Positions 28,292 to 38,452 of a stretch of DNA of 64,000 nucleotides are shown in pieces. The number at the start of each line of letters is the position of its first letter. Position 1 is the first letter of the stretch. The translations under genes were made by a program, and so were the position numbers. The stretch comes from a virus. The DNA lies in IMG/VR virus record IMGVR_UViG_3300037184_000121, positions 32,001-96,000 of that record, one strand, 5' to 3'. Below the pieces are notes generated by a model. It was not told the origin of the DNA. It worked only from the letters and a program-made list of their open reading frames with translations, and ran no database searches.

Positions 28292-28493
28292 AATGAAAGA
28301 TGATGAAGTATTTGATTTTTTAAGTAAGAAATTGACCGTTCTTCAAGTTGATATAAAATATAATGAGAATGGGCCTACTTGGTTAGCACAGATGGAGAAG
28401 ATAAAATCCTTAACTAGAGCTGTGGAAGTTATAGTTAATAGGAAATTTAATGAACCTGAGTAATAAAGCCCTTGACAGCACTGGATAATTATA

Positions 28494-28835
28494 ATGTCAA
28501 ACAGTAATAGATATATAAGTGTTTTGAAATGCAAATGTAATCATAAATATTATGAGCATGAGTTTTTCGATAGCAAGGATATAGGGTTTGATATTGATCC
28601 TCGTCCAGAAGCATGTATTTATTGCGAATGTCTTGATTTTGTAGATTGGAGAATAAATAGGTGGTGTATTTGTGGTCATGCTGAAAGTGAACACCATCTT
28701 GGCATTGTATCAGGTTCTACTATTTGTCGTGAGTGTCTTAGGTTTAATATAAATCGTAATACTCATCCATTTAGGCCAGATAATCTAAGATATTTGGAAT
28801 GGAAATGGGAAGAAAAATTAGCTCTTGACAAGTAG
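28494..28835 (+). CDS. Two-domain Cys/His microprotein, NLxYLE family
   Basis: CKCNH....H...CIYCEC then CICGH....H...CREC...HPFRPDNLRYLE. Confidence 0.7.
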   Translation: MSNSNRYISVLKCKCNHKYYEHEFFDSKDIGFDIDPRPEACIYCECLDFVDWRINRWCICGHAESEHHLGIVSGSTICRECLRFNINRNTHPFRPDNLRYLEWKWEEKLALDK

Positions 28836-28853
28836 ATAAAGATCTGCTAGACT
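28825..28853 (+). promoter_or_regulatory. sigma70-type promoter, leadered
   Basis: TTGACA-N17-TAGACT with extended TG; small ORF from 28884. Confidence 0.75.
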
Positions 28854-29043
28854 TAGGAAACAAGAGAAAGGTGGATAACAAATATGGACATTTTAATGAC
28901 CCAAGAAGAAATGGACAACCTTATAATACAGCATCGTCAGTTGATTTATGATTATCAGCATTGCCATGCTATCAATACAGTTAAAGGTATGTTTGGATGG
29001 ACTGAGGACCCCACTACACCTTATTTTTGGCCTAGTAAAGAGC

Positions 29044-29072
29044 TTGTAAAGTAGTTGAATTTATGTTATACT
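29044..29072 (+). promoter_or_regulatory. sigma70-type promoter upstream of the replication cluster
   Basis: TTGTAA-N17-TATACT with extended TG; AGGAG SD before ATG 29091. Confidence 0.6.
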
Positions 29073-29271
29073 TGCTACAGGAGATATAATATGAGTAAGA
29101 AGAAATCTTTTATTAAGTCAACAGATAAAGAGAGAATAGAATTTCTTAGAACAGCTATCAGGCAAGCTACAGAACGAGATGGTGTGCCTTGCATGTGCAT
29201 TCTCTGTGAGGCTCTTCAGTTCGACTACATGGCTATGAAAGGTGAGATAAATCTGAAGACTGGCAAAAGAA

Positions 29272-29439
29272 ATGAAGCCTAATGCTATAACAAGTTGTCA
29301 ATCTAAGAAACGCTATGATGGGGAAGCTGAGGCAGAACAGACAGCTATGTATTTGTATACTTATAAAGCAGTGGTAGTTAAATCTTATCATTGTACAGTA
29401 TGTCTTGGATGGCATCTCACTAGACGAGGAACAGTATAA
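29272..29439 (+). CDS. 55-aa zinc-binding phage protein (not in ORF track)
   Basis: C..KKRY.....A......Y.CTVCLGWHLT. Confidence 0.6.
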   Translation: MKPNAITSCQSKKRYDGEAEAEQTAMYLYTYKAVVVKSYHCTVCLGWHLTRRGTV

Positions 29440-30815
29440 TGGATTCTACACTAGAAGGTAAATTTTTAGCACATGTTTTAAAAAGTCCCAGTGGCTTAGC
29501 CATAGCCCAGCAAAAAGGTATAACCTCAGATTTTTTCCAGGAAGATGTATCCAAAAAATTGTTTGATATTAACCGTTGGTACGTTAATACCTATGGAGTT
29601 CTTCTTTCTGCCAGCGAATTAGAGGGTTCCTTAAAGCAAGCTACTACCCTGGACGATGAATTTAAGAAATCTATTCTTAAATCATTCTTCGAGTTGCAGC
29701 TTCTTCCGTTAGATACAGATATCAATTTTCTTTGTGATCAATTCAGCACTTATTATAAAAAGAATCTGTTAGAGACTGCCTTAAGACGTGCAGGGGCAAA
29801 ATATTCTAATAATGAAATTGAAGATTCTATTGCAGCCTTGAAATATGATTTGGTTAAGATTGACAGTAAATTTCGAGTTGAAGAGAGTCGATCAGGTCAA
29901 CTTGATGAGTTTGGGGATCGAATTTTTGCTGAATATGAGGATCGTAAGGTAAATCCAAGTAAATATGAAGGCTTAAAATTAGGCTTTGGAGAACTTGACA
30001 AGATAATTGGTGGACTTGTGAAATCTAGTGTGTCTATTTTGCTTGCCCCTCCTAAAGATTTTAAGACAGCTTTAGCAATGACTATTTGTTATAATGTTGC
30101 AAAACGAGGGGTATATTCAGTTTATTTTGCAAATGAAGGTACAATCGAACTTTTTTACATGCGGTTTGCAGCAATGGAGCTTAGTATACCTCTATCTAAC
30201 ATAAAAGATGGAAATATGACAGGCATGGAAGAATCAAGATGGATTCAATTTATAACCTCAGTTAGAGAAGGTAAACATCAGATCCTAAATAAGATATATT
30301 TTGCAGAAGTACCACTGTCATTAAGTACACCCACCTATCTTGCTGAATTGCTTAAGAAACTTAGAGAAGAAGGTAAGAATGTTGGCTTAGTTGTTATTGA
30401 TCACTTTGGTCGTATGACTACTACAGATAAGACTATTTCACAAGATTGGCAAAAAAAAGGGGTAGTTGCTGAGGAATTGTGTAATTTGGCACGATCTGAA
30501 CGTGTTCCTTTCTTTTTATTGACACATGTAAAATCTCAAAGTGCAAAAGATGCTTTAGAAGACAATGCAGATTTCTCAGCATACGATATCGAAAGGTCGG
30601 GACAGCCCCTTAAAGATGTTGATTATGTCTTTAGTTGGCGTATAGAAAATCGTGAAGAATTTGATAGGAATGGCAAAAAAGGATTTGCTCGCCTTGCCTT
30701 AGTACTTTCCAGACATTCAGAAACATGTGGTTCAGTATTACAAATCAATGGAAAATATATGCAGATCCAAGAAATGAAGATAGGTGGCACCAATCAGGTA
30801 AATAACAATGAGTAG
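29439..30815 (+). CDS. DnaB-like replicative helicase
   Basis: GLKLGFGELDKIIGGL, Walker A APPKDFKT, LVVIDH, SG...KDVD, SRH. Confidence 0.88.
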   Translation: MDSTLEGKFLAHVLKSPSGLAIAQQKGITSDFFQEDVSKKLFDINRWYVNTYGVLLSASELEGSLKQATTLDDEFKKSILKSFFELQLLPLDTDINFLCDQFSTYYKKNLLETALRRAGAKYSNNEIEDSIAALKYDLVKIDSKFRVEESRSGQLDEFGDRIFAEYEDRKVNPSKYEGLKLGFGELDKIIGGLVKSSVSILLAPPKDFKTALAMTICYNVAKRGVYSVYFANEGTIELFYMRFAAMELSIPLSNIKDGNMTGMEESRWIQFITSVREGKHQILNKIYFAEVPLSLSTPTYLAELLKKLREEGKNVGLVVIDHFGRMTTTDKTISQDWQKKGVVAEELCNLARSERVPFFLLTHVKSQSAKDALEDNADFSAYDIERSGQPLKDVDYVFSWRIENREEFDRNGKKGFARLALVLSRHSETCGSVLQINGKYMQIQEMKIGGTNQVNNNE

Positions 30816-31485
30816 AAAGAAAGGAAGTAAAAATAAAGTCCACAAACAATTTTGTCTTAATGGGCATGATGTACTTATTTGTGGCAGATCTAACACTGGT
30901 AATTGTAGAGATTGTGAACGGGCTAGAGGACTACAATATTATCAAGATCATACAGAAGAAGTAAATGCTACAAATAATAGATGTTATGCTAGAGATCGAT
31001 TAAAAATATTGAAAAATCAAAAAGTATATGAAAAAGAAAATAGATCAAAAATTCTTGCTACGAAATTAGCACGTAGAAAGGTAAGACGTGCAACTGATCC
31101 AGTTTTTAAGTTAAAAGAGAAATTAAGGGGCAGACTTCATACGGCTCTTGTAGGAAAAAAGAAACAAGGATCTGCAGTTAAGGATTTAGGATGTGGAGGG
31201 GAATTTCTAAAAGATTATATTGCTGCTAAATTCTCTGCTAGTATGACTTGGGATAATTGGGGTAAAATATGGGAGTTAGATCATATAGTTCCATTGTGGA
31301 AGTTTAATTTAGAAGATAGAGAACAGTTCTTAAAGGCAGTTCACTATACTAATCTTCAACCATTAACTGTAGAAGATCATGCTAGAAAATCAGCGAATGA
31401 AGTTAGAGAATGGATAAAGTATCAACAGGAATTGAAAAAGACTAGAGGAATAGATAAATGCCAAGACTCACCATTAAAGAGCTAG
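30808..31485 (+). CDS. HNH endonuclease (paralogue of 44989..45522)
   Basis: DLGC..EFLK.YI..KF...MTWDNWG..WELDHIVP...HYTNLQPL. Confidence 0.85.
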   Translation: MSRKKGSKNKVHKQFCLNGHDVLICGRSNTGNCRDCERARGLQYYQDHTEEVNATNNRCYARDRLKILKNQKVYEKENRSKILATKLARRKVRRATDPVFKLKEKLRGRLHTALVGKKKQGSAVKDLGCGGEFLKDYIAAKFSASMTWDNWGKIWELDHIVPLWKFNLEDREQFLKAVHYTNLQPLTVEDHARKSANEVREWIKYQQELKKTRGIDKCQDSPLKS

Positions 31486-31955
31486 TTGAATCCTACGGTG
31501 TAAGGCTGTGGCCTATTGGGGAAGGCATCCTTCGAGGAAGCTGTCCGATGCATACTAATGTGAATACCCCTTCCTTCACTGTTTATGTCAACACAGATTC
31601 TTACTTTTGTTTCGGGGAAGGCGTTGGTGGAGATGCAGCAAATTTTCTTTCCAGGATGGAACATATCTCATATGCTGAAGCAAAGAAGCGCATGGATGGT
31701 GATACAAGTTTTCAAGAGGAGTTCGATCAGATGATGGATGCGGGATCTGTTAAAGAAGAGATCAGTTACCTTCACCAGCTCAATTCTTCTGCCAGCAAGA
31801 TTTGCCGAGATACCATGTATGCTCATCCAGAGCAAGTAGGTAACATTCTAACGTTTTTACAGAGACTTGATAAAGATGTATTGACAAAACCAGTAACTAG
31901 AGATATACTTAAGCAGGGAATAGAGGAATCGTGGAATCTGAGAGGTGGTTTATGA
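31458..31955 (+). CDS. Stand-alone primase CHC2 zinc-binding domain protein
   Basis: CPMH...TPSFTV....YFCFG.G.GGDA..F. Confidence 0.85.
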   Translation: MPRLTIKELVESYGVRLWPIGEGILRGSCPMHTNVNTPSFTVYVNTDSYFCFGEGVGGDAANFLSRMEHISYAEAKKRMDGDTSFQEEFDQMMDAGSVKEEISYLHQLNSSASKICRDTMYAHPEQVGNILTFLQRLDKDVLTKPVTRDILKQGIEESWNLRGGL

Positions 31956-32153
31956 AATACAATATTTCAAAAAGGTTCAGTGATAGTGTGAAAGCAACTG
32001 ATGGGACGCTGAAAAGTTTCACGACAGAATTGAATGTAGATATTGAAGCTGATTCTGCTGAAGCTCTTATTGCTGAGAGTGATAAACTCTTTGCTCAGGT
32101 CAAGTGGCTCGTCGAACATGACGAAGAAAAGATTTTCGGGACAGGAGCTTAAT

Positions 32154-32669
32154 ATGGCACTAACAGATGAACAGATGGCAGAGAAACTAGAAGAGGTAAA
32201 GAAGATCCAGGTATTTCTTGATCCAGATCCTACGGTCAAAGGATTGGTTTCTTTGAACTATAAATTGGCTGAATTGCAGTTGGCTAAAGATCATGTTTCA
32301 GCTCTTCTTCTTGAGGCTATGAAAAGTATGGCAGAGCATGAGATCTTAGAAAAAGAGGCCCTAAATGCTCATGATCGTCAACAGGATCTTCTCATTGCGA
32401 CTGATGCTTCTATCCAGGCTCAGAAATCAGCAGAGGCACGAAGTATTCATGCTCGTATAAAGATGCCTGACTTAGTATATGCACTTCATCTTGAAGAAGT
32501 TGCTCAATTAAAGGCTTCTTGGTACATGAAATGTTTAGCACTTGTGGCTTCCAATTTAGAAAGTGCTAATAGTAATCTCAGCAGACAAATTACCGTCATT
32601 CAGATGGATCAGAATCTGCAGGGCAATGGTAATGGCAATCGGGGTTCGATCAAGAACATTAATATATAA
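32154..32669 (+). CDS. Coiled-coil hypothetical protein
   Basis: AGGAG SD; helical; upstream of SSB-like and RecA genes. Confidence 0.5.
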   Translation: MALTDEQMAEKLEEVKKIQVFLDPDPTVKGLVSLNYKLAELQLAKDHVSALLLEAMKSMAEHEILEKEALNAHDRQQDLLIATDASIQAQKSAEARSIHARIKMPDLVYALHLEEVAQLKASWYMKCLALVASNLESANSNLSRQITVIQMDQNLQGNGNGNRGSIKNINI

Positions 32670-32682
32670 AAGGAGAATTGAA

Positions 32683-33435
32683 ATGGCAAAATTAGGACGT
32701 TACGTACCAGTTGAAAGACCTGACATTGATGATGGTGTTTATTTGGCGAAGATTCTATCAGCTGAGGTTAAAACATGGCCTGATGGCAATTCATCTGTAA
32801 ATTGGAAGTTTGAATTGTCTCAACCTCCATTTATTGGGAAGAAAGTATGGACATGGGGATCAACGGGTGCTGTGCCTACTCCAAGAGCTAAACTTACTAC
32901 TTGGGGTTTTGTTTTAGGTCAAACACTAGAACAGCTCAAAGATGAAAACTTTGATACTAAGGTACTCGAAGGTTTTTATGTTAAGATCACAATCAAAACC
33001 TGGGAAAAAGAGAGTGGAGGTACAAAACAAGCAGTTACAGATATCAACTACCTAAATGAAGCTGATGTCTCAATGCTGCAGCTATGGCTTGGTCAGGCTG
33101 GTGTAACGGGAGCTATTAAGGTTGCAGTAAAGGCTAATCCTTCCCTTACATTTACTCCTGCACCAGTTCAAGCACCAGCTCCAGTAGTGGCAGCTCCTGT
33201 ACCAGTCGTAGCTCAACCAGTGTTTGTTCAGGCGGGACTCCCAGTTACAACAGCTTCACAAGTACAGGTAGCAGCTCCAGTTGTTCAGGTTCAACCAGTA
33301 CAAGCACCAGTTGTAGTAGCTCCTGTGACAGCTCCAGGCTTTGCTCCAGGCTTTGCTCCAGTAGTTGCTCCAATGCAGCCAGTGCCAGTAACAGCAGCTC
33401 CAGCAGTTAAGAAATCATCTGGATTCCCTTTCTAA
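32683..33435 (+). CDS. Putative ssDNA-binding protein with Ala/Pro/Val-rich linker
   Basis: DGVYLAKI..AE...WKFE N-domain; low-complexity linker; PF C-terminus; adjacent to RecA. Confidence 0.6.
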   Translation: MAKLGRYVPVERPDIDDGVYLAKILSAEVKTWPDGNSSVNWKFELSQPPFIGKKVWTWGSTGAVPTPRAKLTTWGFVLGQTLEQLKDENFDTKVLEGFYVKITIKTWEKESGGTKQAVTDINYLNEADVSMLQLWLGQAGVTGAIKVAVKANPSLTFTPAPVQAPAPVVAAPVPVVAQPVFVQAGLPVTTASQVQVAAPVVQVQPVQAPVVVAPVTAPGFAPGFAPVVAPMQPVPVTAAPAVKKSSGFPF

Positions 33436-33465
33436 GGGATAGTAATTTAATATAGGAGAAACAAC

Positions 33466-34470
33466 ATGTCTGATGAAAAAGGACTCAAAGCCTTTCTAGC
33501 AAAGATCAGTGAGAATCGTAAAACGGTGGTATCTCAAATTAAGCATATGGATGATCGTCCTGCTTTTGAGGTAATTCCATCAGGAAGTTTAGCTATTGAT
33601 GATGTGCTTGGTGCAGGTGGATTTCCTCGTGGTAGGGTCATTGAAGTTTTTGGACCTGAATCAGGTGGAAAGACTACCTTGTGCCTCTTAGCTATCGCTT
33701 CTTGTCAACGGGCGGGAGGGATTGCTGCTTTCATTGATGCAGAAAACTCCATCTCACTTGATTGGGCTGCTAAACTTGGGGTTGATGTTGAGAATCTTGT
33801 TTTCAATCAACCTGATAGTGGAGAACAGGCTTTATCGGTTGTTCGAGATATGATTGAATCTAATCTATTCGACATGATCGTTGTTGATAGCGTTGCAGCT
33901 CTTACACCTCAGTCGCAGCTTGCAGGAGAGATCGGTGATCAGACAATGGCATTACAGGCTCGTATGCTTGGGGCTGCAGTTCCATTGCTGGTACATGCAG
34001 CAGCTAGTTCAAAGACTGTACTTCTGTTCATTAATCAGTTGCGTGATACGATGGCTATGTATGGTCCTAAAGAGACAACTCCAGGAGGGAAGTCACTGAA
34101 ATTCTACAGCAGCATTCGTCTTGGCGTTAGCAAGGTCAGTGGTTCTGAGATTAAAGTAACGAAGGATAATGGTGAAGTGGGCGAAACAGGAGAAGTCTTG
34201 GGTCATCGAGTGAAAGTCAAAGTAGTTAAGAATAAGGTTGGTCGTCCTATGCGTGAGGCTGAATTCAATCTGCGATTCACTCAGGGTATTGATCGATTCG
34301 ATGAGCTTATTACCCTTGGTATCTCCAGAGACATCATTAAGAAAAGTGGTCCTATGGTTGCCTTTGGACCTATCAATGCTAAAGGTTTGGAGAAGTTTAC
34401 CGAAGCTCTTAAGGCTGATGAAGCTTTGCAGAAGACATTAGAAGAGGCCATTCGAGGCGTTACAAAGTAA
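33466..34470 (+). CDS. recA: RecA recombinase
   Basis: GPESGGKTT, IDAE, VVDSVAAL, FINQLR, TPGGKSLKFYSSIRL, KNKV. Confidence 0.97.
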   Translation: MSDEKGLKAFLAKISENRKTVVSQIKHMDDRPAFEVIPSGSLAIDDVLGAGGFPRGRVIEVFGPESGGKTTLCLLAIASCQRAGGIAAFIDAENSISLDWAAKLGVDVENLVFNQPDSGEQALSVVRDMIESNLFDMIVVDSVAALTPQSQLAGEIGDQTMALQARMLGAAVPLLVHAAASSKTVLLFINQLRDTMAMYGPKETTPGGKSLKFYSSIRLGVSKVSGSEIKVTKDNGEVGETGEVLGHRVKVKVVKNKVGRPMREAEFNLRFTQGIDRFDELITLGISRDIIKKSGPMVAFGPINAKGLEKFTEALKADEALQKTLEEAIRGVTK

Positions 34471-34472
34471 AC

Positions 34473-34925
34473 ATGGCTATCCTAAAACTAAAAGGCAGTT
34501 TGTTTGACGCTCCAAAGGGGTCTCTCTTAATTCATGCTTGCAATGCCAGAGGAGTTTGGGGTACTGGCATTGCAGTAGAATTCAAGAAGAGATTTCCTGA
34601 GAGCTATGCCTTTTATCATGGGTTCTGTGAGCAAGAAAAAGATAAACTTGTAGGAGTTTCAATTCTGTGTCCAGAAGAGAATGGCTATGCAGTTGGTTGC
34701 ATAATCTCATCGAATGGATATGGCAAATTTAAAGATTCTCCCGCTGATATTTTAAAGAGTACCCGTTTAGCATTACCCAGCATATTGCAGGAGAATAGAC
34801 CCATTCATAGTAATATGTTTAATTCAGGGCTCTTCAATGTACCCTGGAATGACACTGAGAAGATTTTATCTGAAGTTCTAGATGAAGTAGGCTACAAATC
34901 AGATTGGACAGTTTGGCAGATATAA
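34473..34925 (+). CDS. Macro-domain protein (Poa1p-like ADP-ribose processing)
   Basis: GSLFDAP...HACNARGVWGTGIA..FK..FP; FNSGLFNVPW. Confidence 0.88.
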   Translation: MAILKLKGSLFDAPKGSLLIHACNARGVWGTGIAVEFKKRFPESYAFYHGFCEQEKDKLVGVSILCPEENGYAVGCIISSNGYGKFKDSPADILKSTRLALPSILQENRPIHSNMFNSGLFNVPWNDTEKILSEVLDEVGYKSDWTVWQI

Positions 34926-34937
34926 AGGAGATTAATC

Positions 34938-36248
34938 ATGGCTGATTCAAAGTTGGTCCGAGATATAGTTAGAGAGATTGAACGAATTTCTGGAAAGTTA
35001 GGGCTGCAGCCTTCCCAGTTGGGTAAAGCACAGTTCAAAGAGTTGTCTAAGATTTCCGAATGGGATCTCCGCAAGGTTGGAGGCTACGCTACTCTCTTGA
35101 GTACATATTATCCAGTTCCCGATAAGTCTCTTAAGGATATCCAGCTTCTTAAAGAGCGCAAGTCTTATGTTTCAAAGCTCGAAAAGAAATATGGGTCATG
35201 GGAAGTGTTTTCAGAACAGCTTACGGAATCCTTGACAAAGCGATTAGAGACTATGCGGGTTGAGCCTGTCATTCTAAATGAAAAGGCTACAAAAGAGTAT
35301 ATTAAGACTGTTTCAAAACGTGAACTGCACGATAGTACCCCACGATCTATTTGTGTGGCCTTGACTGATGTTCACTTTGGAACACATATTGATAAAGAAG
35401 AGCTTGGTGGGAAGAATGAATTCAATTGGAATATTGCTGCCCGTCGTTTTGGGTTCATTATTGAACAGCTTGAGACGTATAAAATGGAACTGAGACATTT
35501 GCATGAAGAAGTCGTATTCCTGCTTGGTGGTGATCTGATCGGCGGGATTATCCATAATCAGGAAGGCCCAGACTATGACTTGATCACCTTTCAGGTCAAT
35601 GGGGCTTTGAGTTATTTCATTCAAGCATTTGAGCATATCAAGGCATTCTACCCTAAGATTCGGGTGGTTTGCCAGCCTGGGAACCATGGGCGTATGATGC
35701 ACAAAGAAGATAAAGGCCGAGCGTTATCACAAAAGTATGACTCGTATGAGAATATTATATTCTTTGCCTTGGCTAAGTATTTTGAGAAAGATCCAAAAGT
35801 CTCTATCACTGTACCAAAGTCACCTTATGCCGAAGTGACTGTGCAGGGCCATAGAATCTATATGACTCATGGAGATGGGGTATTCATTACAGGTAATCCT
35901 GGCAAGAGTATCAATACAGAGAAAATTGAAACACAGGTCCATCGTATCAATGAAGAAGAACGTTCAAAGAATCGCCAGCCATTCGAATTGTTCGTCTTTG
36001 GTCATGTGCATCAAGCAGCTCACTTCCAGACAAACAGTGGTATTCAGATTCTGATTAATGGTAGTATGATCGGGACAGATAGTTATGCTCAAGGTGTCGG
36101 CATCATGAGCAATAACCCAGTCCAGGTCATGTGGGAAATGAATTCCAAGTTTTCTGTTGGAGATTCCCGCTGGTTATTCGTTGCAGCAGCAGATGAAGAT
36201 AAGCGTCTTGAGAACATTATTAAACCATACAATTACGAGCTTCAATAA
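34938..36248 (+). CDS. Calcineurin-like phosphoesterase/nuclease
   Basis: TDVHFG, GGDLI, PGNHGR, THGD, FGHVH. Confidence 0.85.
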   Translation: MADSKLVRDIVREIERISGKLGLQPSQLGKAQFKELSKISEWDLRKVGGYATLLSTYYPVPDKSLKDIQLLKERKSYVSKLEKKYGSWEVFSEQLTESLTKRLETMRVEPVILNEKATKEYIKTVSKRELHDSTPRSICVALTDVHFGTHIDKEELGGKNEFNWNIAARRFGFIIEQLETYKMELRHLHEEVVFLLGGDLIGGIIHNQEGPDYDLITFQVNGALSYFIQAFEHIKAFYPKIRVVCQPGNHGRMMHKEDKGRALSQKYDSYENIIFFALAKYFEKDPKVSITVPKSPYAEVTVQGHRIYMTHGDGVFITGNPGKSINTEKIETQVHRINEEERSKNRQPFELFVFGHVHQAAHFQTNSGIQILINGSMIGTDSYAQGVGIMSNNPVQVMWEMNSKFSVGDSRWLFVAAADEDKRLENIIKPYNYELQ

Positions 36249-36257
36249 AGGAGATTT

Positions 36258-37658
36258 ATGGCACGAAATCCACGTAAGCATCATAAAGATACATTTTTCA
36301 CATCTCAATTCGACAATATACCTCCTCAGTTGATGCCAAATCTTTCTGCGAAGGATTATATCGAGGTCTTGAAAGAGGCTCGTTGGAATAACGACTACAA
36401 GAATGCCGTGACGATAGAATACCTTGGGGCAAAATCCATCGATGAAGTGGTTTATGCAGATTACAAGTGTTCTCTGGCTACTTCATTGGTCCTACGTAAT
36501 ATTCTTCCTGAATTCATTGAGAGCAAGGGCCTGAAGGTTGATAAAGTTGCAGCTGTTGAATCTGATGGCGATTATGCGCCTTCCTATAGCTCTATCGAGG
36601 TTGCTCCTGGGAAGATGGAAAACCGATTAGTCTATGGAGATTACTTTGTGTCCAGCGATACACAGAAGTATCTTATTCATCTGGAAGATTCATATCCTGA
36701 TTCTTTTAGATTTAAGATTGCCAGCAAGAAAACCACTACCCCAGATGCTAATATTTTATCGGAAGAGATGATAAAGTATGGAGAAACTCACAATTTCCTT
36801 AAGGGTCAGAAGATTGATCCTAATTGTAACTTTGTGAAATTTAATCGTAAATTCACTTGGGATGATCTTATTCTGTCCGATAAGATTAAGACTGAGATTC
36901 AGATGAATCTAAAGAATCTCATCGAGTATCGTGAGATCTATAAGAAAAATGGTTTACAGGTTAAACGTGGTTTGATTCTTGCAGGTGAGCCAGGGACAGG
37001 TAAAACTGTACTAGCTAAGATTCTTTGTAACCAGATTGATTGGACATTCGTTTGGGTTACATCAAAGAATCTGGAAAATGCTAAACGTGTTGCTCAGATT
37101 GTTGAGCTGTGCCGAGATCTTTCTCCAGCTATTCTATTCTTGGAGGATATTGATCTATTCGGAGGGTCACGAGAATCAAACAACAATCCTATGCTGCTTG
37201 GAGAGTTGCTGAATCAGTTGGATGGTATTGAAGAGAACACGGACATCATTGTTATTGGCAGCACAAATAATAAAGAGGTTCTGGAAAAAGCCTTAGTAGC
37301 TCGTCCAGGTCGTTTCGATAAGGTCATCGATTTCCCTCTGCCAGATTATGAGGAGAGATTGAAGATGCTTAAGGTGTTCAGCAATGGCTTACTAGATGAG
37401 AATCTTCCCTTCCTTGATAAGATTGCCAAAGAATACACAAAGAAGACAGGGGCTCAGATTCGTGAGTTAGTTAATATGGCTATTATTTTTGCCGTGGATT
37501 CAAAATCCTACGCTGAAGATAAGAAGCTCATTATTACCGAAGCACATTTCAATAAAGCAATGAAAGCTGTAGCAGGTAAAGACTTTAAGGCAGTCACTGG
37601 ATTCAGCACAGGTGGACGCAACAACATTGGCAGCAGTTTTGATGCATTCGATGATTAA
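36258..37658 (+). CDS. AAA+ ATPase (classical clade)
   Basis: GEPGTGKT, LFLEDID, LLNQLDG, ALVARPGRFD. Confidence 0.9.
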   Translation: MARNPRKHHKDTFFTSQFDNIPPQLMPNLSAKDYIEVLKEARWNNDYKNAVTIEYLGAKSIDEVVYADYKCSLATSLVLRNILPEFIESKGLKVDKVAAVESDGDYAPSYSSIEVAPGKMENRLVYGDYFVSSDTQKYLIHLEDSYPDSFRFKIASKKTTTPDANILSEEMIKYGETHNFLKGQKIDPNCNFVKFNRKFTWDDLILSDKIKTEIQMNLKNLIEYREIYKKNGLQVKRGLILAGEPGTGKTVLAKILCNQIDWTFVWVTSKNLENAKRVAQIVELCRDLSPAILFLEDIDLFGGSRESNNNPMLLGELLNQLDGIEENTDIIVIGSTNNKEVLEKALVARPGRFDKVIDFPLPDYEERLKMLKVFSNGLLDENLPFLDKIAKEYTKKTGAQIRELVNMAIIFAVDSKSYAEDKKLIITEAHFNKAMKAVAGKDFKAVTGFSTGGRNNIGSSFDAFDD

Positions 37659-37678
37659 TCTTAAGGAGATATAATAAA

Positions 37679-38104
37679 ATGGCAAAGACAAAATATGTAG
37701 AAGCAGATATGACAGTCCATGCATTGGTAGATAGCATTATGAATACTTGGCCTGATAGATTCATGCATGTTCAAAGAAATGATCTTTTGATTATCATGAA
37801 AGATGCTCCAAAGAGTTCTTATAAAGCAAAGACGAAAGTTATGAATGGCTTCTATCGAATGCTTACCAAAAAGAAAATTGTCATTGAAATTCACAAGCAG
37901 GAATGGGATCTAAGTAAGCCAGCAGACCGAGTATTGATGCTTTATAGAGAACTATGGCGCATTGATCTCAATGCTAAGACAGGGGATTATAAGTTGATAA
38001 GGCCAGATCTCACAGACTTTACAGCAATCCTTGACAAAGTTGGCTTGCATAAAGAGACAGTCGATACATATTTTATCAAAATCATTAAGCCAGAAGAAAA
38101 GTAA
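37679..38104 (+). CDS. Phage metallopeptidase-like protein, degenerate site
   Basis: IEI....W.......LMLYRELWRI...YKL..PD...F; HExxH not intact. Confidence 0.45.
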   Translation: MAKTKYVEADMTVHALVDSIMNTWPDRFMHVQRNDLLIIMKDAPKSSYKAKTKVMNGFYRMLTKKKIVIEIHKQEWDLSKPADRVLMLYRELWRIDLNAKTGDYKLIRPDLTDFTAILDKVGLHKETVDTYFIKIIKPEEK

Positions 38105-38107
38105 GTC

Positions 38108-38452
38108 ATGATTAAGCAAGTCCTCATATTGCGGCATGATCTCAAGGTGCGAAAGGGTAAACTAATCGCTCAGGGGGCTCATGCTGCAATAGGGGCTTTA
38201 GCCAAAGCCAAAGCAGAAGATATCAAGAAATGGGAAGAGAATGGATGTACGAAGATCTGTGTATCAGTGCCTGATGAGAATTCTTTGCTGCAGCTCAGGT
38301 TGGATGCATGGGTCGCTCAACTTCCCTATTATCTGGTGCAAGATGCAGGTCGTACAGAGTTTCACGGTGAGGCTACATATACTGCCTTGGGTATTGGCCC
38401 AGCTTCAGCAGAAGAGATTGATAAGCTAACTGGAAAATTACCACTTCTATAA
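38108..38452 (+). CDS. pth2: Peptidyl-tRNA hydrolase type 2
   Basis: KQV.ILR.DL...KGK..AQ.AHA, KI, DAGRTE, LGIGP...IDKLTG.L.LL. Confidence 0.95.
   Translation: MIKQVLILRHDLKVRKGKLIAQGAHAAIGALAKAKAEDIKKWEENGCTKICVSVPDENSLLQLRLDAWVAQLPYYLVQDAGRTEFHGEATYTALGIGPASAEEIDKLTGKLPLL

Noticed and set aside
28472-28500. TTGACA...TATAAT upstream of ORF 28494 as a promoter
   Set aside because: Spacing is only 12 nt. The TTGACA/TGTCAA inverted pair gives no proper -10 on either strand; possibly a decayed promoter.
33150-33410. GCTCCAG-rich repeats in the SSB-like gene as a DNA repeat element
   Set aside because: Explained by the Ala/Pro/Val low-complexity linker (APGF APGF).
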